Part shown: positions 42,006-50,058 of the stretch, piece by piece
How positions within the stretch are numbered: the stretch's first letter is position 1
Layout: each line of letters opens with the position of its first letter
NCBI GenBank assembly: GCA_964390455.1
Contig: CAYMJW010000001.1
Coordinates: 2,255 to 66,254 of the forward strand
Direction: 5' to 3'
Length of the DNA: 64,000 bases
Source of the DNA: an uncultured Methyloceanibacter sp.
GTDB lineage: Bacteria; Pseudomonadota; Alphaproteobacteria; Rhizobiales; Methyloligellaceae
Notes under the pieces: generated by a model
Database searches by the model: none
Told to the model about the DNA's origin: nothing
What the model saw: only the letters and a program-made list of their open reading frames with translations
Position numbers and translations under genes: made by a program

Positions 42006-43384
42006 TATGCCCCCTCCACCATGCGCGTCTTCGCGGCAATTTCAGGCGACCGTGCGGACGCGTCATGCCCAGACCCCAACGGGGGCGGGTGAGGTGTGCG
42101 GTAGAGGCGACAATCAAGGCAATCCATTTGTCTGGCGCAAGGCTGTTTCCAGCAGACGACATGGTCGATCGCACTCAGCATGATGCGCTCGAGATGATCG
42201 CTGATCGAGCCCTTGACGAGAATGAGTTCGTCCGCGCGGGCATCTCGGGCGATCAATTCGCTCGCTTGGTAGGGCGTGAGGAAGGAGAACAGCCGATCCG
42301 CAATTTCTCCGTCGCGAATCTTATCGACGTAAGTCGCGTTCGGCCCAACGAACACGACCCGATCGGCGACCTGAAGCGCCTCGTGCGCGAGCTTGCGATA
42401 GCGCGCGCTGGTCCATCCTCCGGGCCGATCGGAGAGTGTGCCAAAGACGATCGTCTTGCGTGGCGCCCGGGCGCGTCCAATGAAGGCCAGGCTGTAGGGA
42501 AGCGTCCAAGCGGGCGCTTTTCGCGTATCGAGCACGTAAACCGGCAGGCCGGGTCTCGTATGGACCGAGTATCGCGCAAACGTCGGTTCAAATTTCTCGA
42601 CCGCCTCGGCGCAGTCTTCGAAGTTCACGCCACACACAATTCCACAAGCCATTGCCGCCAAGATTGAGGTGACCCAGTGGTCTCCAACCAATCGCGACTG
42701 GATGCGCTGTCGCTGACCATCATAGGTCGCTGTCAGCGATAGACGCTCCGGCCAAACGCTCGAAACGTCCGTCGCCCGGATGTCGGCGCAGGGCGACGTG
42801 CCAAAGGTGACAATCCGCGCGCGCGTTTGTGATACCATCGAAAGCACATGCGGGTCGTCCGCGTTCAGGATAGCCGTGCCGGATCTCGGCAGCGCCGCGA
42901 CGAGTGCGGCCTTTTCCGCGGCGATGGCTTCGAGGCTGCGAAACTTTCGATAGTGATCCGTGCCGATTGCCGTGACGATGCCGATTTGAGGCCTCAGAAT
43001 CCCGACCGCTCGCGCAATACTGCCAGGCGCATGGGCGCCGACTTCGTGCACGCAGAATCGGGCGGAAGGGTCAATGGACAACATCGAGCGCAAAGCGGCG
43101 AGACTGGTGTTGCCGCTTGATTTCACATGGCATTGAGACTTCGCGGAAAGGATCTGACCCGCGAGTTCGGTGGTGGTGGTCTTGCCGCAACTTCCGGTGA
43201 CCCCGATGACTGTCAGCCGGCGCAGCGTCAGACGGCGAAGCCGAGCCACATCGCCGCCGAACCGGGCTACGATCGGGTTGCGATAGGTAAAGAGGCGCCG
43301 TTTGCCCAGTCTCCTGAAGATCGAGAGAAGCGTGTACACCAAGACGCGGAACTCCTTAGGACGCTTCGCGTCGGCGGGTTTCAT
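42005..43384 (-). CDS. MurF-like ligase paralog C
   Basis: VTGSCGKTT, HEV, GTDH, NADDP; CWKQPCARQMDCLDC; start at ATGA overlap with upstream stop. Confidence 0.88.
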   Translation of the reverse strand: MKPADAKRPKEFRVLVYTLLSIFRRLGKRRLFTYRNPIVARFGGDVARLRRLTLRRLTVIGVTGSCGKTTTTELAGQILSAKSQCHVKSSGNTSLAALRSMLSIDPSARFCVHEVGAHAPGSIARAVGILRPQIGIVTAIGTDHYRKFRSLEAIAAEKAALVAALPRSGTAILNADDPHVLSMVSQTRARIVTFGTSPCADIRATDVSSVWPERLSLTATYDGQRQRIQSRLVGDHWVTSILAAMACGIVCGVNFEDCAEAVEKFEPTFARYSVHTRPGLPVYVLDTRKAPAWTLPYSLAFIGRARAPRKTIVFGTLSDRPGGWTSARYRKLAHEALQVADRVVFVGPNATYVDKIRDGEIADRLFSFLTPYQASELIARDARADELILVKGSISDHLERIMLSAIDHVVCWKQPCARQMDCLDCRLYRTPHPPPLGSGHDASARSPEIAAKTRMVEGA

Positions 43385-44760
43385 GAAGGTCGACCGAACA
43401 TGATGGGTCGGGGGTCGGTCGTGGACCATCCGGAGATCTCGCGATCGGTCTCGGCGACGGATGGCGGCCATGGCTTGCCGTATGCACTGCAGTCGGGACA
43501 CGGCTTTGCCCTGCCACAGCGCTCGCGCCAGCAAACGACGTGGTCAATTTGCGAAAGGAATATTCGCTCCAAGTGGTCTGCTTTTATCGAGCCTTTCATG
43601 ACGATGAGTTCCGCGGGGAGACTGTCCTTGGCGAGATAGTTGTTGGCCTGATGGACGGTCGGGAAGCAGAACAGCCGGTCACGCAGGTCTCCCACGCGCA
43701 TCCGTTCGATGTGACTGGAATGAAGTCCTACAAAAACGACCCGGTCCGCGACGCTAAGAGCGTCCCTTGCGGCACGGCGATAGCGCGGGCTGACGGCGCC
43801 GGGGTAGTCAGAAAGGGTGCCGAAAACGATCGTCTTTCGCGGTGTACGCGCCTTCCTCAAGAAATCAAGACTGCTAGCGATCGTCCAGTAGGAGGCTTTG
43901 TGGTCAAATATGAACACAGGACCACCAGTCACACCATGGACGGAGCAGCAGCCGAAAGCCGGCTCAAATGCCGCGATCTCACCGGCACAGTCCTCAAGCC
44001 CGACACCGCAGGCGATCCCGCAGGCAATCGCCGCGAGCACGGACGGCACCCAGTGCTCGCCTACGAGGCGAGTCGAAATTTGCGCGACTTGGTCGCCGTG
44101 AATGACGGTCAAACGCAGGCGATCCGGCCAGGCACTCGAGATATTGGCGGCCCGGATATCTGCCGCCGTGGAACGTCCGAACGTCAGGATCTTCGCGCGC
44201 GTACGCACGGCCATCGCATGCACGTGAGGATCGTCGATGTTGAGAATTGCCGTGCCGGTGCTCGGCAACGCTTCGATCAGCGTCGCCTTTTCCTGGGCGA
44301 CACCTTCGAGACCTCGAAACGTGCTGTAGTGGTCGGTCCCGATCATTGTGACCACCCCGATTTGCGGCATGAGAATCTTCGCTGTTCGGGCGACGCTCCC
44401 GGGCTCGTACGCCGCAACCTCATGCACGCAGAATTGGGTAGAGCGAGCAAGCGACAGCATGGTTCGAGCAGCGGTGTAGTGGGTGTTGGGCCCCGCTTTC
44501 TCGTGGCATAGGAACCTGGCCGAAAGAATTGCGCCGGTGAGGCAGGTGGTTGTGGACTTGCCGCAACTTCCGGTGACTCCAATGACAGTCATCTGAGGCA
44601 GCGTGAGCCGGCGAAGTCGTGCAGCCTGGCTGGCGGTCCAGCTCCAAAGAGGATTGTGCAGGACGGAGAGCCGCCTCCTGACCTTCTTGCGAACGCTCGC
44701 CACGCAACCGCGCGCCAGTTCACGAAGTCCCACGGGACCTGCCAGCGCGGCCTCGTTCAT
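43381..44760 (-). CDS. MurF-like ligase paralog D
   Basis: VTGSCGKST, HEV, GTDH, NIDDP; CWRERCGRAKPCPDC; start uncertain (ATG 44760 chosen). Confidence 0.85.
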   Translation of the reverse strand: MNEAALAGPVGLRELARGCVASVRKKVRRRLSVLHNPLWSWTASQAARLRRLTLPQMTVIGVTGSCGKSTTTCLTGAILSARFLCHEKAGPNTHYTAARTMLSLARSTQFCVHEVAAYEPGSVARTAKILMPQIGVVTMIGTDHYSTFRGLEGVAQEKATLIEALPSTGTAILNIDDPHVHAMAVRTRAKILTFGRSTAADIRAANISSAWPDRLRLTVIHGDQVAQISTRLVGEHWVPSVLAAIACGIACGVGLEDCAGEIAAFEPAFGCCSVHGVTGGPVFIFDHKASYWTIASSLDFLRKARTPRKTIVFGTLSDYPGAVSPRYRRAARDALSVADRVVFVGLHSSHIERMRVGDLRDRLFCFPTVHQANNYLAKDSLPAELIVMKGSIKADHLERIFLSQIDHVVCWRERCGRAKPCPDCSAYGKPWPPSVAETDREISGWSTTDPRPIMFGRPS

Positions 44761-45127
44761 GAGTTTCCACCAAACATCTGGGGCCCGTGTTCGAGGGTGT
44801 CGGTTGCCGGCGTGATCCTGCGAGGCCGCGCTAGCGTGTGGTCGTCCGAGCCGAACCTTCTGGTCGTACAAGTTTAGAGACTTCCTCGTTGGTTGTGAAC
44901 CTGACTCCGGGATGCCCAAGACGAGCTCGTCAGACCTCGCGTGCGCCCGAAGCAATGTCGCGTCGATCGGCTCGCAGGATAAGCTCATGGAGAATCTGTG
45001 AATTATTTGGTCCAGGTTGCAGCGGGAATGACTTGTAGTAGGCTATGTCGAGGCGTTGCTCGACAGAAGGCGGGCACGGTCTTCTCGCGGCCGATGGCTG
45101 CTGCCGCGCGTTCAACGGGGGGCTTAG

Positions 45128-45940
45128 ATGAGCGGTTCGCCAACAGGGGCGCGAAGCGCGCCAAGCGTCAATGAGATAGCGCGTGAACTCAAGGAGAAGG
45201 GGGCTCTATGCCTGCCCGCCTTTTTTGACGCGCGGGTTGCCGAGGCAATGCGCGCCGAAGCGAGGACCTTGCTCACCGAGCAGGTCAACGGGGTGAGGAG
45301 TTTCGATCCTCAGCCGGCCGGCCAGGTCATGTGGGTCATACCCGAAGTGTTCGAGGATCCAAGGTTTCGGCATCTCGGCGAAGCGTTGAACTCTGCGTAT
45401 TTTCGCGAGATCGCAGCGCGTTGCTATCCGAAGTCTCGATTCTTCCGCAACGCGATGATCACGCACGACTATAAGCCGTGCAAAATCACTGACGTCCATT
45501 TTGATTTTACGCCGACGTTCAAGTTTATGATCTACTTAACCGACGTCGACAAGGACAGTGCCGCCTTCCGGTATTGCTTCGGTAGCCATCGGCGAAACCG
45601 CAGGCTGCGAATTCGCTATCTTCTGTCGGGCAGAAAGCTCAGGCATATCCCCAACATTCCCGGACCCACCGAGCATGTTGAACTGACCGATCTGGAGGGG
45701 CCGGCCGGTACTCTCATCCTATTCGACACGGATGGCTTTCATTCAGCAGGAAGCCTTAAGGAAGGAAAAGAGCGCCTGCTCATCCGCGCGACCACTGTTC
45801 GAAACGAGTGGTACCACAACGATGCTGTCGGTAAGGCCGCCAGGCGAAATCCTTTGCGCTTTCTTGTGCCGCTGATGATCCCGAAGGGGCGTGACGCAAC
45901 CCGCGGAAGTACCCGAGCGACCATGCACCCAGACTCATAG
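45128..45940 (+). CDS. PhyH-like Fe(II)/2-oxoglutarate dioxygenase
   Basis: HFD...KFMIYLTDV...GSH...GPAGTLILFDTDGFH...R (HxD...H triad). Confidence 0.8.
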   Translation: MSGSPTGARSAPSVNEIARELKEKGALCLPAFFDARVAEAMRAEARTLLTEQVNGVRSFDPQPAGQVMWVIPEVFEDPRFRHLGEALNSAYFREIAARCYPKSRFFRNAMITHDYKPCKITDVHFDFTPTFKFMIYLTDVDKDSAAFRYCFGSHRRNRRLRIRYLLSGRKLRHIPNIPGPTEHVELTDLEGPAGTLILFDTDGFHSAGSLKEGKERLLIRATTVRNEWYHNDAVGKAARRNPLRFLVPLMIPKGRDATRGSTRATMHPDS

Positions 45941-46048
45941 GGCATTCTGGGGGCGCGAGCGGGGATATCTTGGTTGTGATCGGGGGCGGGCTTTCGCTCG
46001 GCCGCGCTGTTCCGGCTTTCTCACGGTCCCCCTGGACGCCGTCCGCCC

Positions 46049-47422
46049 CTAAGCGGCGGCTCCCAAATCGATCGCTTGCTTCTCCTGCAACAGACCGAGC
46101 GGAGGCTGCTTGGGCTTCCGATAGTACAAACACTTCGGGCAAAAACCTTTGATCCCACAACGCTCGCGCCAGCACACGACCTGATCGGTTTCGGCCAGCA
46201 TCAATCGCTCGAGGTGATCCGTGGCCGCCGAGCCCTTCACATAGATGAGCTCGCCTGAGACCGTGTCGGCGAGGAACGCACTCGCTTGAAAGCAAGTCAT
46301 GAACGTGAAGAGCCGGTTCTCGTCGGGACCTTTTCTCAGCTTGTCGACATAAGTCGCATGAGGGCCCACGAAGACCACGCGGTCGGCGACTTCCAGCGCA
46401 TCGCGGGCGACGCGGCGATAGCGCGGGCTCGCCGATCCCGAATAGTCCGAAATCGTACCGAACACCACCGTCTTACGCGGCGCGTTCGCTTCTTTGACGA
46501 AATCGAGACCGCTGGCGATCGTCCAGTAGGGCGCCTTGAAGGTGTCGAGCACGAAGCTGGCGCCGCGCGGGGTGCGATGCGCCGAATAGCGGCCGGGGAG
46601 GGGATCGACGGTCGCGACAGCGGCGGCGCAACTCGCAAGATCGCGCCCACAGGCCACGCCACAAGCGATGCTGGCAAGAACAGCAGTCGCCCAGTGCCCG
46701 CCGTAGAACTGCGTCTTGATCGCGACGCTTTCGCCGCCATGTGTCACGACGAGCGTGAGCGGCTCGGGCCAGGCACTTGCGATGCTCGTGGCTCTCACCT
46801 CGGCTTGCGGCGAGCGCCCATAGGTGACAATTCGGGCTTTCGTCCGCGAAGCCATCGCCAGGACATGCGGATCGTCGGCGTTCAAGATGGCAATTCCCGA
46901 CTCCGGCAACGCTGCGATCAGCCCGCCCTTTTCCCGCGCGACGCCTTCGGGGCCGCGATAGTGCTTGTAGTGATCGCTCCCGATCACGGTGACGATGCCA
47001 ATGCGAGGTTGAAGCAGAGCCACGTCTTCGGCGATCTTCCCAAGTCTATCCGCGGAGAGCTCCTGCACATGATAGAGGCTGGACGCATCGACTCTACGTA
47101 CGGCCTCGGCCACGTTCTGCGCCGAGCCCTTCTGCCATGCATCATCGGGCAGAAGGATGGCCTTGGTGAAAATGCAGGTGGTCGTCTTCGCGCAGCTCCC
47201 CGTGATGCCGATGAAGGTCACGTTGCTAAGCCGAGGCCGCTGCAATCGCGCCAGAGAGAGGTTGGCGCGATCCTTGAGAGCCCTGAGCAGTGACGAGGAT
47301 CTGAAGATCCACAGCAGGCGCTTCTTGGCGCGCCCGACAAATTTGCGCGGAGCGTGCCAGCCTTGCCGCAGCCAGTTCGGCCGGGAGGACGCGTCCTCGC
47401 GAAACTCACCTGCCTTGGACAT
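46049..47422 (-). CDS. MurF-like ligase paralog E
   Basis: ITGSCAKTT, QEL, GSDH, NADDP, GRY; CWRERCGIKGFCPKC. Confidence 0.88.
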   Translation of the reverse strand: MSKAGEFREDASSRPNWLRQGWHAPRKFVGRAKKRLLWIFRSSSLLRALKDRANLSLARLQRPRLSNVTFIGITGSCAKTTTCIFTKAILLPDDAWQKGSAQNVAEAVRRVDASSLYHVQELSADRLGKIAEDVALLQPRIGIVTVIGSDHYKHYRGPEGVAREKGGLIAALPESGIAILNADDPHVLAMASRTKARIVTYGRSPQAEVRATSIASAWPEPLTLVVTHGGESVAIKTQFYGGHWATAVLASIACGVACGRDLASCAAAVATVDPLPGRYSAHRTPRGASFVLDTFKAPYWTIASGLDFVKEANAPRKTVVFGTISDYSGSASPRYRRVARDALEVADRVVFVGPHATYVDKLRKGPDENRLFTFMTCFQASAFLADTVSGELIYVKGSAATDHLERLMLAETDQVVCWRERCGIKGFCPKCLYYRKPKQPPLGLLQEKQAIDLGAAA

Positions 47423-47521
47423 CTCGCGCCCCCGATACGGCTAGCCGATGAAGAAGGCCACGCCGTCAGAAAGACTAGAACGATCCCGGATGATTGTGAA
47501 CCTTGCCGATACTGCGCTCGA

Positions 47522-48469
47522 TCAGCGGTTTAATTCGGCGAGTTCCGAGGCCAGAAATTCAACGATCGCCGTCTCCGTGCGCGCGATGGCCTCCAGGGTC
47601 GCGCCTCCAATATGGGGCGTGATGATGACATTGTGGCCCTCGCGCGCGCAGGCAAGCAAAGGGCTTGCCGCGATCGCTCCGTGTTCTTCACCGGCGAGGA
47701 CATCGACCGCGACCCCGGCAAGACGGCCGCCCGCCACGGCGCGCGCCAGGGCTTGCTCATCGGCGAGAGAGCCGCGGGCCGTGTTGATGAAAATCGCGCC
47801 CGGCTTCATGCGCGCCACCGCCGCTTCGTCGATGAGGCGGCGGTTGTCGGGCCAGGCGGCGACATGCAACGACACCACGTCGGAGTTCCCAACGACGCCA
47901 TCGAAACTCATGGGCCTCGCGGGCGCGCCGACCTTGTCCGGGTCGGTGTCGAACGCGACGACCTCCATGCCGAAGGCCTCGGCATAGCGCGCGACCATGG
48001 CGCCGATCCGGCCATAGCCGATAATGCCGAGGCGCTTGCCTTGAACTTGAATGCCCCAGAACCGGTCCCGATCCCAGCCGCCAGCCAACGCATGTTGGGT
48101 GGCCGCGGGTATGCGGCGCGAGAGGGCCAAGATAAGACCAAAGCAATGCTCCGCCGTCGCGCTCACGTCGCGGATCGCCTCGGGGCATTCGCGAAGGCTA
48201 ATCACGCGCACGCCCGCCTTCTGCGCGGCATCGACATCGATGTGGTCGAGCGCGGTCGTTGCCGTGAGGATGTAGCGAAGCTTCGGCGCATGGGCAAAAA
48301 GGGAGCGGCCGATATAGCGGCCGAGCCGAACCATAAGCACATCGCTGTCGGCAAGCTCTCGAGCGAGGGTGCGATCGTCGAACGGGCCGTAGGCGACCGA
48401 GCCGAGCGAGTCCAGGCGGCGCCTGATTTCGTCGGCCAGATGGTTGGGTTCGGTTACCAGTATTTTCAC
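47522..48469 (-). CDS. D-isomer-specific 2-hydroxyacid dehydrogenase
   Basis: GYGRIG, INTARG, TPHIGG; GTG start overlaps the neuA stop. Confidence 0.9.
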   Translation of the reverse strand: MKILVTEPNHLADEIRRRLDSLGSVAYGPFDDRTLARELADSDVLMVRLGRYIGRSLFAHAPKLRYILTATTALDHIDVDAAQKAGVRVISLRECPEAIRDVSATAEHCFGLILALSRRIPAATQHALAGGWDRDRFWGIQVQGKRLGIIGYGRIGAMVARYAEAFGMEVVAFDTDPDKVGAPARPMSFDGVVGNSDVVSLHVAAWPDNRRLIDEAAVARMKPGAIFINTARGSLADEQALARAVAGGRLAGVAVDVLAGEEHGAIAASPLLACAREGHNVIITPHIGGATLEAIARTETAIVEFLASELAELNR

Positions 48470-49176
48470 GGGCCTAGAACACCGCTCTCGATAAGTGCCT
48501 TCGCGATGAGGAGGTCTCCCGGCGTATCGATATTGATCGAGCGCTCCCAAGGCATCTCGTACATCACCGGATTGTCGCTGCGGAGCTTGCCGGTCGAGCG
48601 AAAGTAACTGGTGGAGACAAAATAGATGGCGCCATTGAGTTGATAGACGGTTTCGAGGTCTTGCCGCCGCGAAGGGACTTTGCTGCTCACGTCATAGAGC
48701 GTGCCGCGCCGTCCCTGTCCCATTCGGTACATGAGCTGCGGATGCCGGATCCCCTCGGCGCGGCACGCGCTGATCAGAGAGTCCGCGCCTGATTCCTGGA
48801 ACAACGCAAATGCGGCGTCGATGTCCTCGGCCCGGCGCAGCGGCGTCGTCGGTTGCGCAATCATAATGACATCGGGCGTTTCCGCCCCTGATCGCTCCCA
48901 TTCCGCCAGCGCATGCGTGACCGCGTCGCTGGTGGGCGAGTCATCAGAGGCAAGCGCGGCGGGCCGCTCGACAACGAAGATGCCGTCCCGCTTGCGATAG
49001 CGGCCGAGGATATCGGGATCGTCGCTGGTGACAAGGATCGATGTCACAGCCTTTGATGCTTCCAGCGCCGCGACCGTGTACTCGATCAATGGCATGCCAC
49101 CAATGAGGGCCTTGTTCTTTCCCGGAACGCCCTTCGAACCCATGCGGGCCGGAATGATTGCAAGCAGGGTGGTCAT
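48466..49176 (-). CDS. neuA: Acylneuraminate cytidylyltransferase
   Basis: IPARMGSKGVPGKN, QPTTPLR, NGAIY, IDTPGD. Confidence 0.9.
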   Translation of the reverse strand: MTTLLAIIPARMGSKGVPGKNKALIGGMPLIEYTVAALEASKAVTSILVTSDDPDILGRYRKRDGIFVVERPAALASDDSPTSDAVTHALAEWERSGAETPDVIMIAQPTTPLRRAEDIDAAFALFQESGADSLISACRAEGIRHPQLMYRMGQGRRGTLYDVSSKVPSRRQDLETVYQLNGAIYFVSTSYFRSTGKLRSDNPVMYEMPWERSINIDTPGDLLIAKALIESGVLGP

Positions 49177-49183
49177 TGCACGA

Positions 49184-50044
49184 TCACGATTTCGGCCTTC
49201 GAGCGACAATCAAAAAGGCCTGCCCGGTGCGTTCCTGGCACGTCCAGGGATCTTTGCGGAAGATGGCGCGCCGGACCGCAAGAACAGATGAGAACATAGC
49301 GACCAGCGACCATTCGAGCGGCGCCGGCAGCAAGGAAAAGGGAAACTGAGGCGAGTGGGAGATCATTGGCAGCGGATACATACCATAAGCGTCCGTCTCG
49401 ACAACGCCGAGGGCCCTCAGCGCCGACACGTAGGCATCGGCGGTCAGCCCGTTGCGGTAAAGCGGCTCTTTCGTGCGCTGCCGATCCGGACCGGATTGGC
49501 GCGCCGGTTTGATCTCGGAGAGGGCGTGCAAGATGCGATTGAGCCAGTGAAAGTGACGCTGCACACTGTCGGGCCGCTCCGGAACGACATAAGCGAGCAT
49601 GAGCCCTCCGGGCCGAAGGACGCGCAACTGTTCGCCCATGAGCAATCCAATCTCGTCGAAATGCTCCAAAAGGCCGATGCTCACGCACAGGGAGAAGTGG
49701 TTATCGCCAAACGGCAAGTGGAAGGCGTCGCCAGCGGTGAAGCGGGCGGAGTGACCATTGGCGCGATAGATGTTGCGCGCGATCGCGAGCACGGCCGGAG
49801 AGGAATCGAGAAGCGTCGTCCGATAGCCGGCCTCGGCGAAATAGCTGGAAATCGTGCCGCGGCCGCAGCCGACCTCGAGCACCTCCCGCCCAGGAAGGTC
49901 CGGCAGGTACCGTTGCATGGTGAGCCAGTGGCGGCGGAAGGCGAACTGGATCTGGTTGCGCGGAAGGCCCCGAACCCAGTGATTGTAGTGCGACTCCTTG
50001 CGCGTTTCCCAACTGCGATCGAAGCTCGACTGAACGGAGGTCAT
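49184..50044 (-). CDS. Class I SAM-dependent methyltransferase
   Basis: LEVGCGRG, GDAFHLPF, GLLEHF, LRPGG. Confidence 0.88.
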   Translation of the reverse strand: MTSVQSSFDRSWETRKESHYNHWVRGLPRNQIQFAFRRHWLTMQRYLPDLPGREVLEVGCGRGTISSYFAEAGYRTTLLDSSPAVLAIARNIYRANGHSARFTAGDAFHLPFGDNHFSLCVSIGLLEHFDEIGLLMGEQLRVLRPGGLMLAYVVPERPDSVQRHFHWLNRILHALSEIKPARQSGPDRQRTKEPLYRNGLTADAYVSALRALGVVETDAYGMYPLPMISHSPQFPFSLLPAPLEWSLVAMFSSVLAVRRAIFRKDPWTCQERTGQAFLIVARRPKS

Positions 50045-50058
50045 TTGAATCGCCGAAC

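Noticed and set aside
39351-47422. Interpretation as a normal peptidoglycan murCDEF cluster or an assembly artefact
   Set aside because: All five are one MurF-like type with non-canonical motifs and no dcw neighbours, and the copies are too divergent to be duplicated reads.
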